Source: a bacterium (GTDB lineage: Bacteria; SZUA-182; DTGQ01; JAFGSM01). Taken from it: 64,000 bases of DNA. The notes under the pieces are model-generated. The model searched no databases. It was not told the DNA's origin and worked only from the letters and a program-made list of their open reading frames with translations. Every line of letters starts with the position of its first letter. Positions within the stretch are counted from its first letter, which is position 1. Below are positions 9,357-19,231 of the stretch, piece after piece. The DNA is taken from contig JBLIRP010000007.1 of NCBI GenBank assembly GCA_049472355.1, positions 1 through 64,000 of the forward strand. The letters are read 5' to 3'. A program made the position numbers and the translations under genes.

Positions 9357-11915
9357 TCACTGTCTCGGCAAGTCCCTTGTCCGGGTCCCGCAGAGGAATC
9401 GCAGCAGCGGCGTTTGCCTCCGGGATTCCTCCCATGTGGTGACCCGGCAGGTTGCCCCGTCGGTGTGCAGGGTGATCGCACCGTGGAGGTCCGTGCGATA
9501 GATCATGGTAGGCAATGATTGGAGCCGCTCGATGGTGGATGGTGCGGGCAGCGGATACCAGCTATTGCGCCTGGTGGAGAGGATGGTTATCTCCGGTGAC
9601 ACCGCCCTCAGAAACGGAAGGGTGCACGAATGTTTGCTTCCGTGGTGGGGGGCCTTGAGCACGGTGGAGGCAAGCACCCCTTCCGGCAGCCGGTCCACCA
9701 GGTATCGCTCCGCCTCCTTTTCGATGTCGCCGGTAAACAGGAGCGAGACCTCTTGGAAGGTGACCTTGAGGACCATGGAATGGTTGTTGATCCGGCTGTT
9801 TTCCCCGCGCGGGCTTACGATGGATTCCCTATCGGGCGGATGCAGGCAGAGGACCTCCACCGCAGGGGGAATGGATATAAGGTCGCCGGGCCTGAGCACC
9901 CGTTCCCTGGTCCCCTGCGCGGCCATGAGTGCAGCAAGTTCCCTGTAACGCTCATCACTGCGCGTGACCTCCGCAACCCATACCTCATCCACAGGGAAAT
10001 TTCCGAGCACGGCAAAGAGCCCGTTCAGGTGATCCGGATGGGGGTGGCTGACGGCCACGGCGCGTATCCGTGTCACCCCCTTGGACCACAGGAAGGGGGT
10101 GAGGATCAACTCCCCGATATCGAATGAGCGATCGTAGGTCCCGCCGCCGTCGATGATGATGTTCTGTCCTTCCGGGCACCGGATGAGCGCCGCGTCTCCC
10201 TTGCCCACATCCATGAAGGTCACCTCCATGATATCCCCCGATGGAATGGTTGGAATGAGAATGGTCTTCACCGGGAAGAAGGACACGACTACCAGGAGGG
10301 ATATGCCCAGAAAGGGGGCAAGCCGTGACGTGCGGCGAACGTATCCCCATACCGCACAGCCCAGGGCAAGGTAGAAGAGCATGATGCCCCACAGGGGAGG
10401 GGATGGGACGGGAAGGAAGGCCCAGGATCGGGCGCCCAGGTACGAAAGCACCGTGAGCAGCATCCGAATCCCGAATCCGCTCGCAGCCATGAGTGGGCGG
10501 GCCAGGGAGTGATGGATGGGGATGCACAGGGTGGCGATGAGCCCCGCAGGGACAATGAGGCTCAAAAGGGGCAGGATGAGGGGGGTGATGAGGATTCCTC
10601 CCGGGGAGAGATAATGAAAATACATGGCGCATAGGGGGGCGGTGATGACAACGGCCGCCGTGGACACGAAAAACAGGTCGAACCCCCTGCGTATCCGGGG
10701 ATGCCCGGCCAGCAGAGGGGGGCGATAGCGGATCGCTCCGATCACCCCAAGGGTTGCGAGAAAGGTGAACTGAAAATCGATCGCAAGGATGGAGAGGGGC
10801 CGCCACAGGAGAATGACCAGTGCCGCCCAGGCCAGGGTGGTGAAATACTCGTGCAGGCGGTCGAAGAAGTACGCCACCAGGTAGAGTGCGATCATGATCA
10901 ACGCCCGCACGGTCGACAGCCTCATCCCGGTGAGCAGGGTATAGAAGGAGAGGGGGAGAACGGCAACCAGGGACATCACCCGCGAATACGGTGCGATGCG
11001 TGATATGGCTGCAAGCCATTTCACCGGTATAGCCCTTTTTCCCAAGCGTAGCAGGGCGAGACAGAAAAGGAGCACGAACCCCAGGTGGAGGCCGGATACG
11101 GCAAGCAGGTGCATGGTCCCGGTGCGCTGAAAGGCCCGGGTGACCGGCGGGGGGATGTCCCCGCGTTCCCCCAGGACAAGGGCGGTGAACACCGCTGCGG
11201 CCTCCTCATCGCGTATGGCCGACCCGGCGAGGCGGGATGCCTCCCTCCTGAGACGGATGATGCCCCCGATGACGCCCTGGGATGCGGAGATCCTCTCTAT
11301 CCTCTCTTCTTTGCTTATCGAGCCGGTGGCATATATCCCCCGCCGCTCCAGATACCGGCGATAGTTGAACGTGTTCTCGTTGCGGAATCCGACAGGCCGG
11401 CGAAGGTTGGTCGATGCGGTGATGCGGTCCCCATAATCGAAGTCCGTGTGCATATCGTACAAGTTCAAGTAGACCCCTCCCCTGACCGGAAGAGCTGGTT
11501 CATTGGGGGATATCATCAGAGAATCAACTGCAACAGCGAGCCTTTCCCGTCCGGGAAGGTCCCGTTTGGGCCTGCAAATGACGCCGGAGATGGTGCAGGG
11601 GAGACGTCCCTGAACATAGTGGAGAAGGTGGTGCCGATCCCCTTCAAGGAGACTGGGATGGGAGTATGAGGGGGCGAAGAAACCGAATGAGAGGAGCACT
11701 CCTCCTAAAAGGATCACCAGGAAGAGCCACGCGGTGTGATGAGATTCCCGGAACCGGAACCACCGGAATATGCTCAGGAACAGAAGGAGCCCCACACAGC
11801 CGAGGATCAGGCATGCGGTTTTGGGGATTACAGGGTGATGAAACGAAAGCTGGGTGCTGAACAGAATCCCTGCGCCATAGAGCATCAATGCCCATGCGAG
11901 GGGCCTGTTGTTCAT
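9357..11915 (-). CDS. comEC: DNA internalization competence protein ComEC/Rec2
   Basis: Competence domain (HLLAVSGLH), many TM helices, and a C-terminal MBL domain (DVGKGDA, SHPHPDH, FTGD, PHHGS). Confidence 0.95.
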   Translation of the reverse strand: MNNRPLAWALMLYGAGILFSTQLSFHHPVIPKTACLILGCVGLLLFLSIFRWFRFRESHHTAWLFLVILLGGVLLSFGFFAPSYSHPSLLEGDRHHLLHYVQGRLPCTISGVICRPKRDLPGRERLAVAVDSLMISPNEPALPVRGGVYLNLYDMHTDFDYGDRITASTNLRRPVGFRNENTFNYRRYLERRGIYATGSISKEERIERISASQGVIGGIIRLRREASRLAGSAIRDEEAAAVFTALVLGERGDIPPPVTRAFQRTGTMHLLAVSGLHLGFVLLFCLALLRLGKRAIPVKWLAAISRIAPYSRVMSLVAVLPLSFYTLLTGMRLSTVRALIMIALYLVAYFFDRLHEYFTTLAWAALVILLWRPLSILAIDFQFTFLATLGVIGAIRYRPPLLAGHPRIRRGFDLFFVSTAAVVITAPLCAMYFHYLSPGGILITPLILPLLSLIVPAGLIATLCIPIHHSLARPLMAASGFGIRMLLTVLSYLGARSWAFLPVPSPPLWGIMLFYLALGCAVWGYVRRTSRLAPFLGISLLVVVSFFPVKTILIPTIPSGDIMEVTFMDVGKGDAALIRCPEGQNIIIDGGGTYDRSFDIGELILTPFLWSKGVTRIRAVAVSHPHPDHLNGLFAVLGNFPVDEVWVAEVTRSDERYRELAALMAAQGTRERVLRPGDLISIPPAVEVLCLHPPDRESIVSPRGENSRINNHSMVLKVTFQEVSLLFTGDIEKEAERYLVDRLPEGVLASTVLKAPHHGSKHSCTLPFLRAVSPEITILSTRRNSWYPLPAPSTIERLQSLPTMIYRTDLHGAITLHTDGATCRVTTWEESRRQTPLLRFLCGTRTRDLPRQ

Positions 11916-12046
11916 GGGGCCATCCTCGTGCGCTCAGGGGGAAGAGCCATGCAAGATGGTTTTAGCCGTGCTCTCAGAATGAATTGTCAGACCATTTCGT
12001 GCCCTGATGTTACGATCGATCGCGAATACATGCTCAGGTTTTTAAC

Positions 12047-12529
12047 TCAGGATTTATCAAGTTCCTCTTTGATTGCCTCTAACTGAACAATGACGTGATT
12101 GTCTTTTGGCCTCGCCAGGGCCTTCTTCGAAACGATGAGGGCGTTGATATCCAAAACCCTGCACGTTTTCCCATAGAGTTCTACCTCGATAGACGAATGC
12201 ACCAGATCATGAAATTTTCCCAGCCCCGTTATCTCGCCCAGCATATCCACGTCGCCCAGATCCGTATGAAGATAGAGATTTCTGTAGTTACTCAATGAAC
12301 GAGGTGTTTCGTGCAGGGGCGGGGTTTCGGGATGCATCCGGTGCACGGGATGATAAGGGGCTATTGCCTTTAGTATCCTGGAGGCATTCTCTTCTGAAAA
12401 ATTTACACAGATATCCAAGTCCTTTGTGACATAGCTCGCACCATGAATAATTGAGGCATATCCGCCGACAATGATGAATTCGACCTTATTCTCTATCAAG
12501 ATCCTTAAGATCTTTTCCAAGTCGAGCAT
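12047..12529 (-). CDS. Nucleotidyltransferase family protein (putative toxin)
   Basis: IVGGYA..IHG....TKDLD Pol-beta-like motif and a C-terminal K.AL.RPKD. Confidence 0.8.
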   Translation of the reverse strand: MLDLEKILRILIENKVEFIIVGGYASIIHGASYVTKDLDICVNFSEENASRILKAIAPYHPVHRMHPETPPLHETPRSLSNYRNLYLHTDLGDVDMLGEITGLGKFHDLVHSSIEVELYGKTCRVLDINALIVSKKALARPKDNHVIVQLEAIKEELDKS

Positions 12530-12701
12530 AGTACTGCTTTCCTGCTGCCTTGAGGGTTAAACGGAATTCCAATGCCTTCTGGTGTTCAACAACCCGCTCG
12601 TGAGGGGTCAATTGTAGATTATACCGTATGATGGACATATCAAATCCGCATTTTTCTGCCGAACGCCAGGCCGTTTCTGTAACCATCCCTTCTTTATTCA
12701 T
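12486..12701 (-). CDS. Small protein co-encoded with the nucleotidyltransferase (putative antitoxin/partner)
   Basis: 71 aa with motif D.S.IRYNL.LTP.ER; overlaps the nucleotidyltransferase start. Confidence 0.65.
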   Translation of the reverse strand: MNKEGMVTETAWRSAEKCGFDMSIIRYNLQLTPHERVVEHQKALEFRLTLKAAGKQYYARLGKDLKDLDRE

Positions 12702-12725
12702 GGTTTATAGGACCTTCGATCAAAA

Positions 12726-13088
12726 TCACTCAATTTCCAGTTCACGTGGCTCCAATAATATATTGATTCCATCGAGGATTGTGCGAACCTTTCCTGCATG
12801 AAGCGTTCCTATCTTTTCCGTTAATTGTGACTTGTCTACCGTGAAAATTTGAGAGATATTGACGACGCTTTGCTTAGGCAGATTGGCTTCTCCACGTTCA
12901 AGCAGGACATTCCCGGGCGCACGTGCACGCTTAAGATTAGAGGTCAATGCACAGACCACAACGGTATTGATGCGACTGCGATTGAACACATTGTTCTGGA
13001 CCACTACGTGGGGATGTCGGAAGGAAGGTTCTGAACCTATAGGATCACCAAGCTCGATCCAAAATACATCGCCTTGATTGATTACCAT
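12726..13088 (-). CDS. mazF: Type II TA toxin, PemK/MazF endoribonuclease
   Basis: QGDVFW...P.GSEP...HP.VVVQNN.FN.S.I.TVVV..LTSN...SVVN.SQI.TVDK. Confidence 0.93.
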   Translation of the reverse strand: MVINQGDVFWIELGDPIGSEPSFRHPHVVVQNNVFNRSRINTVVVCALTSNLKRARAPGNVLLERGEANLPKQSVVNISQIFTVDKSQLTEKIGTLHAGKVRTILDGINILLEPRELEIE

Positions 13089-13357
13089 TCGTCCTCTACT
13101 ATTCGTTTATGGGAACTTCGCATATGCCTCTGGAATTCTTTCTCTGAAGGAGCGGGGGCATCATCGTAGGCCGCATCGATTCTCTCAAGCAACTGTCTGC
13201 TCTGATAACGGTGTATGAAATCTTTTAATGCAAGCATGAACAGACGGCTTCTGGATATATGCATTTCTTTGGCTAATGCCTCGGCCTGTTCAAAGAGTGA
13301 CTCTTGAATAGATATGGCGGTCTTTACATTCGATGTTTTCTTAATACCATTTTTCAT
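13082..13357 (-). CDS. Ribbon-helix-helix antitoxin (MazE6/ChpI-like)
   Basis: KTAISI...LFEQAE.LA....ISRSRL...AL; overlaps the toxin start. Exact start uncertain. Confidence 0.85.
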   Translation of the reverse strand: MKNGIKKTSNVKTAISIQESLFEQAEALAKEMHISRSRLFMLALKDFIHRYQSRQLLERIDAAYDDAPAPSEKEFQRHMRSSHKRIVEDEW

Positions 13358-13484
13358 ACCAAAAGTATAACTATTTAATGTTATGATGTCAAGATCGCTC
13401 ACTATTTAAATAATCGAGATGTATTCACCGGCAATGATGAGAATCGGTCTCATTTTTTATCAAGATTCGTAGGATTTCTCAAAG

Positions 13485-16400
13485 TCAGGCATGATCCGGT
13501 AAACAGTCGTCGGAAAAGGTATTTCCTGCGGGGGGCTGCCGTTCCATGAACTGGTGGGCCTGGTGCATGAACGCCTCGAGACGGGTGCGGGTAGTGCTCT
13601 GTTCCTGGCCGTCATAGGCCATGTTCAGGTAGGGAAACATCCCCCGTTCCTCGCGTACCCGTTTCAGGATCGCATTGGCGATGGTGCCCGGCATGCACGT
13701 GAACGGCATGATGTTGATGATCCCGCATATCCCCTTGCACGTGAAGTCGATGGCCTTTCCGACACTGAGTATGGCCTCCCCTTCGAAGGAGTGGTGGAGG
13801 TACTCCGCGCTGTTTTTCAGGAGATCCTTAATGGAGGGATCATGGGCATGGGGGAGCAGGTCCTCGAATATCCTGGCCGTTCTTGTCTCGTCGCGTCGTT
13901 GCACCGCGTCCTTGATGCAGATGCTGCAGAACCGGTTGATATTGCGGTTTTGGATGCTATGCCGTTTGCTCGTATAGTTGATGTAGAGAAACCATTCCGC
14001 AATGGGGGGGAGCCATACCTCACCGCCCAGTCTTTCGATCTCGGCGACAATATTATTGTTGCTGAACCGGTTGGACCGCACGAAGATCTCTCCCACCACC
14101 CCCACCACCGGTTTCCGGAGGGAGCGGTCGACCTTGACATCCCTGAGCTGCGCGGGCAGTTTTTTCAACACGGGGAAGAGGGACCTTTTCTGCCGGATGG
14201 CCTCGCATATATCGGTGAGCGCCTTCCGGTACACCTGCTCCGTTTCACCGGCATTGACCTCGTACGGCCTGGTATGGCGGAGCCATTTGTCCAGGAAGTC
14301 GACGGCGACCACCCCCTGCCATGCCCTCCTCACAAAGCCATCCCCGGCAAGCCCCAGTTCCTTGTAGAATTCCTCTCCCTGGATGGGGGAAAAGATCGGC
14401 ACATTCGGGAATCCCAACTCGTCGAGGATAAGACGGTGAAACATGCTGTACTGCCCGAACCGGCAGGGCCCGTCACCCCCCGGCATGAAGAAGGCGGATT
14501 TCTCGGGATCGAATTCGGACGACATGGCGGTCTTTATCATATCCCCGGTGGTGACGATGCAGGGATAGCATTCCTTCCCGGAGGTGTATCGTCTCCCCCA
14601 CACGCGGGATTCCTCATGGGATTCATCCATGACCTTGGCGCGTACCCCGGAGCTTTCGAATGCGGCCTGGATCACGTGGGCGTGGTCGCACATGTAAGGG
14701 ATGTAGAGCAGCCGGTCCCTTTCTTTGATCTGGGGCGTTCTCACCACGGGCCCTTGGTGCTGCACGTCTCCCTTGATGTTTTCGAGGCTGTCCGCAAAGG
14801 CCTCACACCGGGTGATGGCCCCCGCATCCGCGCTGTGTTCGTCGATCTCCATCTGGAGGTAGGGCTTGCCCTCCATTTTTGTGCTGAAGAACTTGGCAAT
14901 GAAGGAGTCTGGGCCGCAGCCGAAATTGGTCAGGTACACGGCAAAGAGCCGGGGATCGTGCCGGATGATCTCCGCTGCGGCAAGGATTCTCCTGCCGTAC
15001 CGCCAGTACATGTTCGGCCAGTCCCGGGCGATATCCACCGAGGCGAGGGGGAGAAAGTCGAGGGGGAGAACGGTAAGCCCCAAGTCCCTGAATATCTTCG
15101 GAATTTGGAGATTGATCCCCTGGTCGCACCCGTTGTAAGGCCTGCTCACAATCACCATTGCCTTCTGATCGGGGGGAATCGCGGAGAGGATCTCCCTTCC
15201 CCGTTGTGATACCGCCTCGTAGAATCTCCTCTGGCTGGTCAATGCCATATAAATGGCCTCCCTGACGGCGTATCCCCTGAAACCGAGTGCCTTGCCGATC
15301 TTGAGGAGGGTAGTGGAAAGGTGCCTCTCACCCCAGTCGAGCTGCACCACCGGGTGGAGGAGTTTCACCCGGTGCTGCGCCATATCGATGGCGGATTGAA
15401 TGGTATAGGGTATGGTTTGCACGTAGGGGCAGTTGAGGTTGGTCCTCATGGAGTGGTTTCCGGTCCGGCTCTCGTGTGGCATGCTGATGACGCTCGGCAA
15501 AAAGATGTATTCCACCTGCTTCTTGATGAGATCCAGGATATGCCCGTGGGCCACCTTGATGGGAAAGCAGGTCTCGGCGACCACGGCCTGAATGCCCAGG
15601 TCGATGATGGGCTTGTTGGTATGCCCGGAGAGGATGACCTCGCACCCGAGCTGTTCAAAGAAGGCCTTCCACAGAGGCAGAAGCTCATGGTAGAAGAGCG
15701 CCATGGGAAGGCCGATCCGGGGGCCGCCCCTCTTTGAGGGAGGGCCGAAGTACTCCCTGTGCAGCAATGATTCCCGCTCGGCAAAGAGGTCGGGGATGTC
15801 GGCCCGTTCCCTTCGGCGCTTCTTGACATCGAAACGCTCGCATCTGCTTCCGTAGAACAGGGGGTCCTCGCCTTCCACGACGACCTTGCGCACCTGACAC
15901 ACATTCGAGCATCCCTTGCATTCGAAGCTTTCCACTGCATAAGGGCGGCGGCTGAGATCGAATCCCTTGAAACCCGACTGGGTCCAGTGGCGCTTTTCCT
16001 TTGCGATGAGGGCCACGCCGATGGCCCCGGTGACCTCGTGATGGGGAGGGACGATGATCGGTTTTCCGAGCACCTGCTGGAAGGCGGCGATAACCGCCTT
16101 GTTGAAGGCAACCCCTCCCTGGAAGAAGATCCTGGTGCCGATGGACCGCTCGCCCACCACCCGGTTGAGGTAGTTATAGCAGATGGAATAGGCAAGCCCC
16201 GCAATCAGGTCATTCTTGGGGGCGCCCTGTTGCTGGTGGTTCACCAGGTCGGTCTCCATGAATACGGTGCAGCGGTCCCCGAGTGAGACCGGGGCATCCG
16301 CCCGGAGGGCGATGTCCCCGAATTCCTCCTTGATGCTGATCCCGAGTTTCTCGGCCTGTTCCTCGAGGAAGGAGCCGGTGCCTGCTGCACAGACCTTGTT

Positions 16401-17942
16401 CATCTCGAAATCCACCACCGCGCCGTTTTCAAGACGGATGTACTTGGAGTCCTGGCCCCCGATCTCGAATATGGTGTCCACATCGTCGTCGATGGCCGCC
16501 GCAGCGCGCGCCTGGGCGGTGATCTCGTTCTTGACGATGTCTCCCCCCACGAAATCCGCGATGAGATACCTGCCCGAGCCGGTGGTGCCGACCCCGAGGA
16601 CCTCGATGCGGTCGCCGATTTCGCGGCCGATCTCGTCGAGTCCCTGTCGGACGGCCTCGATGGGACGGCCTGCGGTCATCAGGTACCGTTTGGCGAGCAC
16701 CCGTCCATCCTCATCGATGGCAACCACATTGGTGCTGATGGAGCCGATATCGATCCCCAGGTAGGCCCCGATCAATGCATTGGGTTTGCCGTGTTGTCCC
16801 TGCGATGCGCATCCCTGCGCATTCCCTTCCATATCATGCCGGGGGGAGCAGGACGAGGTCTTCCCGATGCCTTCTCCTTCGCAGTCGAAGGCGGGCTGGG
16901 ACACGCTGCCGACGACATCGCGCAGGCAGGGAAGGGAATTTTTCCGGTAGGATGGCCGTTTGAGATGCCCCTCCAGCCGGGCAATGAGTCCTGGAAGGTC
17001 CACGGAATCATGGGATCGTTCCGGACCCTTCCCTGTATTGCCCGGAATGCCCTCGCCAGGGGCCTGCCGGGCGGTGCCCCGGGTAATTGGCGTTTTCTCC
17101 CTCGTGAATGCCCTGTCCTTGATGCCGAGTATGCAGGCGCCGATCGCCCCCATTGCCCCGTAATGCTCGGGGATGATCAACTCACCGGGATCGAGGTTCA
17201 ATACCGACTCGAATGCCCGTATCATGCCCCTGTTTGCTGCCACACCCCCCTGGAAGCTTATGGGTTTATGAAATATCTTCCCCCTCCCGATGCTCCCCTT
17301 GAAATTTCTGGCCATGGCGAAACACAGGCCGGCGACGATGTCGTAATCGGTGGTTGCCTCCTGCTGGAGATGGATCATGTCCGATTTGGCAAAAACGCTG
17401 CACCGTCCCGCTATGCGGGGGGGGGTAGCGGATTTGAGGGCCAGGCTGCCGAATTCCTCGATGCTCAAACCGAGACGGGAAGCCTGCTGGTCAAGGAACG
17501 AGCCGGTGCCTGCGGCGCAGATGGAGTTCATGGAAAAATCATCCACCCGGATCATGTTGAGCCGTTCGTCCCGGTCCAGGCAGATGAGCTTCGAATCCTC
17601 ACCCCCGATTTCTATGATTGTCCTCACCTGGGGATAGAAATGAGCGGTTGCCCTGGCCTGTGCGATTACCTCGTTGACGGTGTGGGCGTTCAGGGTTTCC
17701 GCCAGGAGCGCCCTGGCGGAGCCTGTTCCCATGATGTGGGAGATGCGGCGTGAGTAGGGGCCTGAGGAGAGGTCATCGAGGATATCGGCGATGGTCGAAA
17801 AGGGCTGGCCTTTATGGCGGATATAGGCTGTCCGGAGGATGGTGCACTCGGTATCCACAAGCGCCATATTCACGCTCACCGATCCCACGTCAAGGCCAAG
17901 CAGGACGTGTGAACCGTGCATACAACCAGGGCGTTTCGCCAT
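13485..17942 (-). CDS. Acyl-CoA dehydratase activase fusion (two BadF/BadG/BcrA/BcrD ATPase domains, a DUF2229-like region and an HgdD-like C-terminus)
   Basis: Two repeats of GxDxGS / EIGG.DSK / MN..CAAGTGSFL; C.GC.N.C, ETCFP.K, NFGCGPD and PFTCMP. Start assigned to MAKRPG after a GGAGG SD. Confidence 0.92.
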   Translation of the reverse strand: MAKRPGCMHGSHVLLGLDVGSVSVNMALVDTECTILRTAYIRHKGQPFSTIADILDDLSSGPYSRRISHIMGTGSARALLAETLNAHTVNEVIAQARATAHFYPQVRTIIEIGGEDSKLICLDRDERLNMIRVDDFSMNSICAAGTGSFLDQQASRLGLSIEEFGSLALKSATPPRIAGRCSVFAKSDMIHLQQEATTDYDIVAGLCFAMARNFKGSIGRGKIFHKPISFQGGVAANRGMIRAFESVLNLDPGELIIPEHYGAMGAIGACILGIKDRAFTREKTPITRGTARQAPGEGIPGNTGKGPERSHDSVDLPGLIARLEGHLKRPSYRKNSLPCLRDVVGSVSQPAFDCEGEGIGKTSSCSPRHDMEGNAQGCASQGQHGKPNALIGAYLGIDIGSISTNVVAIDEDGRVLAKRYLMTAGRPIEAVRQGLDEIGREIGDRIEVLGVGTTGSGRYLIADFVGGDIVKNEITAQARAAAAIDDDVDTIFEIGGQDSKYIRLENGAVVDFEMNKVCAAGTGSFLEEQAEKLGISIKEEFGDIALRADAPVSLGDRCTVFMETDLVNHQQQGAPKNDLIAGLAYSICYNYLNRVVGERSIGTRIFFQGGVAFNKAVIAAFQQVLGKPIIVPPHHEVTGAIGVALIAKEKRHWTQSGFKGFDLSRRPYAVESFECKGCSNVCQVRKVVVEGEDPLFYGSRCERFDVKKRRRERADIPDLFAERESLLHREYFGPPSKRGGPRIGLPMALFYHELLPLWKAFFEQLGCEVILSGHTNKPIIDLGIQAVVAETCFPIKVAHGHILDLIKKQVEYIFLPSVISMPHESRTGNHSMRTNLNCPYVQTIPYTIQSAIDMAQHRVKLLHPVVQLDWGERHLSTTLLKIGKALGFRGYAVREAIYMALTSQRRFYEAVSQRGREILSAIPPDQKAMVIVSRPYNGCDQGINLQIPKIFRDLGLTVLPLDFLPLASVDIARDWPNMYWRYGRRILAAAEIIRHDPRLFAVYLTNFGCGPDSFIAKFFSTKMEGKPYLQMEIDEHSADAGAITRCEAFADSLENIKGDVQHQGPVVRTPQIKERDRLLYIPYMCDHAHVIQAAFESSGVRAKVMDESHEESRVWGRRYTSGKECYPCIVTTGDMIKTAMSSEFDPEKSAFFMPGGDGPCRFGQYSMFHRLILDELGFPNVPIFSPIQGEEFYKELGLAGDGFVRRAWQGVVAVDFLDKWLRHTRPYEVNAGETEQVYRKALTDICEAIRQKRSLFPVLKKLPAQLRDVKVDRSLRKPVVGVVGEIFVRSNRFSNNNIVAEIERLGGEVWLPPIAEWFLYINYTSKRHSIQNRNINRFCSICIKDAVQRRDETRTARIFEDLLPHAHDPSIKDLLKNSAEYLHHSFEGEAILSVGKAIDFTCKGICGIINIMPFTCMPGTIANAILKRVREERGMFPYLNMAYDGQEQSTTRTRLEAFMHQAHQFMERQPPAGNTFSDDCLPDHA

Positions 17943-18322
17943 AGTTTTCCCTCCCCGTCGACATTTGATCAAAAACGAGATTTCGGCGCCACGATCATTG
18001 GCATATTCATGATAGGAAATCTTATTATATAGAGAATGCGTCCGTTTAATCAAGGGACAGGGAATGATTGTTGTTCATTCCATGAATTGCCGGATCGATC
18101 GGCTTTACAAGGGAGGAAGAGATATACTATAGTTAGCGGGAACGGATAGGTAACGGATTTGTAAGTGTCCGCGAGCAACAGGATTGAGGGGTGTAACCAT
18201 CCGGTCTTGTTGGACGAGATATTCTGAACCTCTGGCTTGCAGATTTCCAGGATCGGGATTGCGGTGGCCGGACGCTCCGGGCACCATGCAATGTCCCGGC
18301 GTAGGGGAAAGGACAAGGATTC

Positions 18323-19114
18323 ATGGGATATGCACAGCCTGTTATCCTGGGGATAATACAGGGATTGACGGAATTCCTCCCCGTCAGCAGCTCCGGTCAT
18401 CTGGTCCTTGCGGAGCAGATGCTCACAAATTTTCAAAGGCCGGGTGTATGCCTGGAAATCCTTCTCCACATGGGCACCCTCATATCTCTCGTTGCTTACT
18501 TCAGAGGGGACCTGCGGGGCATCCTTGCCGATCTTTTTGTGGCAAAGGGTGAAAAAGGCGCCCCTGGACGGAGGTGGGCCCTGTTGATCGTGCTGGGGTC
18601 GGTTCCCACCGCCCTGATCGGCTTTTTGTTCGAGGGGTGGTTCGAGAGGATGTTCACCAGCGTCTCCGCGGTGGGGATCAGTCTGATGATCACCGGGCTC
18701 CTGCTCTGGTTTTCGGATCGCGTCAAGGGAAAAGAGAAGGGGATTGCCCGGATGACGGTGTGGGATTCCCTTGGGATCGGTTTTGTGCAGGGCCTTGCCA
18801 TCACCCCGGGTATTTCGCGGTCCGGTTCCACCATTGCCATGGGGATTTTTCTGGGACTTGATCGCGACACCGCCGCGCGATTCTCCTTCCTGCTTTCCAT
18901 CCCCGCGCTCTGCGGCGCGCTGCTGTTCAAGCTGAACGAGGTCTGCCGCCTGTTTTCCTTCAATTGGATCGGGTATATGCTGGGTGCGTGCACCGCCGCG
19001 GTGGTGGGATACCTAAGCATTATCGTGGTCCTGAGGATGGTCCTGCTGAAAAAGCTCTCCCCCTTTGCCTATTACTGCTGGGCCGTTGCCGTGATCGCCC
19101 TGTTTCTGGCATGA
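18323..19114 (+). CDS. uppP: Undecaprenyl-diphosphate phosphatase
   Basis: QGLTEFLPVSSSGH and PGISRSGSTI motifs. Confidence 0.96.
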   Translation: MGYAQPVILGIIQGLTEFLPVSSSGHLVLAEQMLTNFQRPGVCLEILLHMGTLISLVAYFRGDLRGILADLFVAKGEKGAPGRRWALLIVLGSVPTALIGFLFEGWFERMFTSVSAVGISLMITGLLLWFSDRVKGKEKGIARMTVWDSLGIGFVQGLAITPGISRSGSTIAMGIFLGLDRDTAARFSFLLSIPALCGALLFKLNEVCRLFSFNWIGYMLGACTAAVVGYLSIIVVLRMVLLKKLSPFAYYCWAVAVIALFLA

Positions 19115-19137
19115 GGGGGGCAATTATCGGATTTCAT

Positions 19138-19166
19138 TTGGCATGTTTCCCGTTTGAGGGTATAAT
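19138..19166 (+). promoter_or_regulatory. Putative sigma70 promoter for ftsK-lolA
   Basis: TTGGCA-N17-TATAAT, about 65 bp upstream of the ftsK ATG. Confidence 0.55.
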
Positions 19167-19231
19167 GATCCATGGCGTCATGGATGCGATATTGAGCAAT
19201 CGGGAGCGGCGGTAAATGATGCGGGGGGAAT

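Noticed and set aside
13554..17753. Long plus-strand ORFs (551 aa, 320 aa and others) opposite the activase gene
   Set aside because: Typical antisense open frames of a GC-rich gene, with no recognisable motifs.
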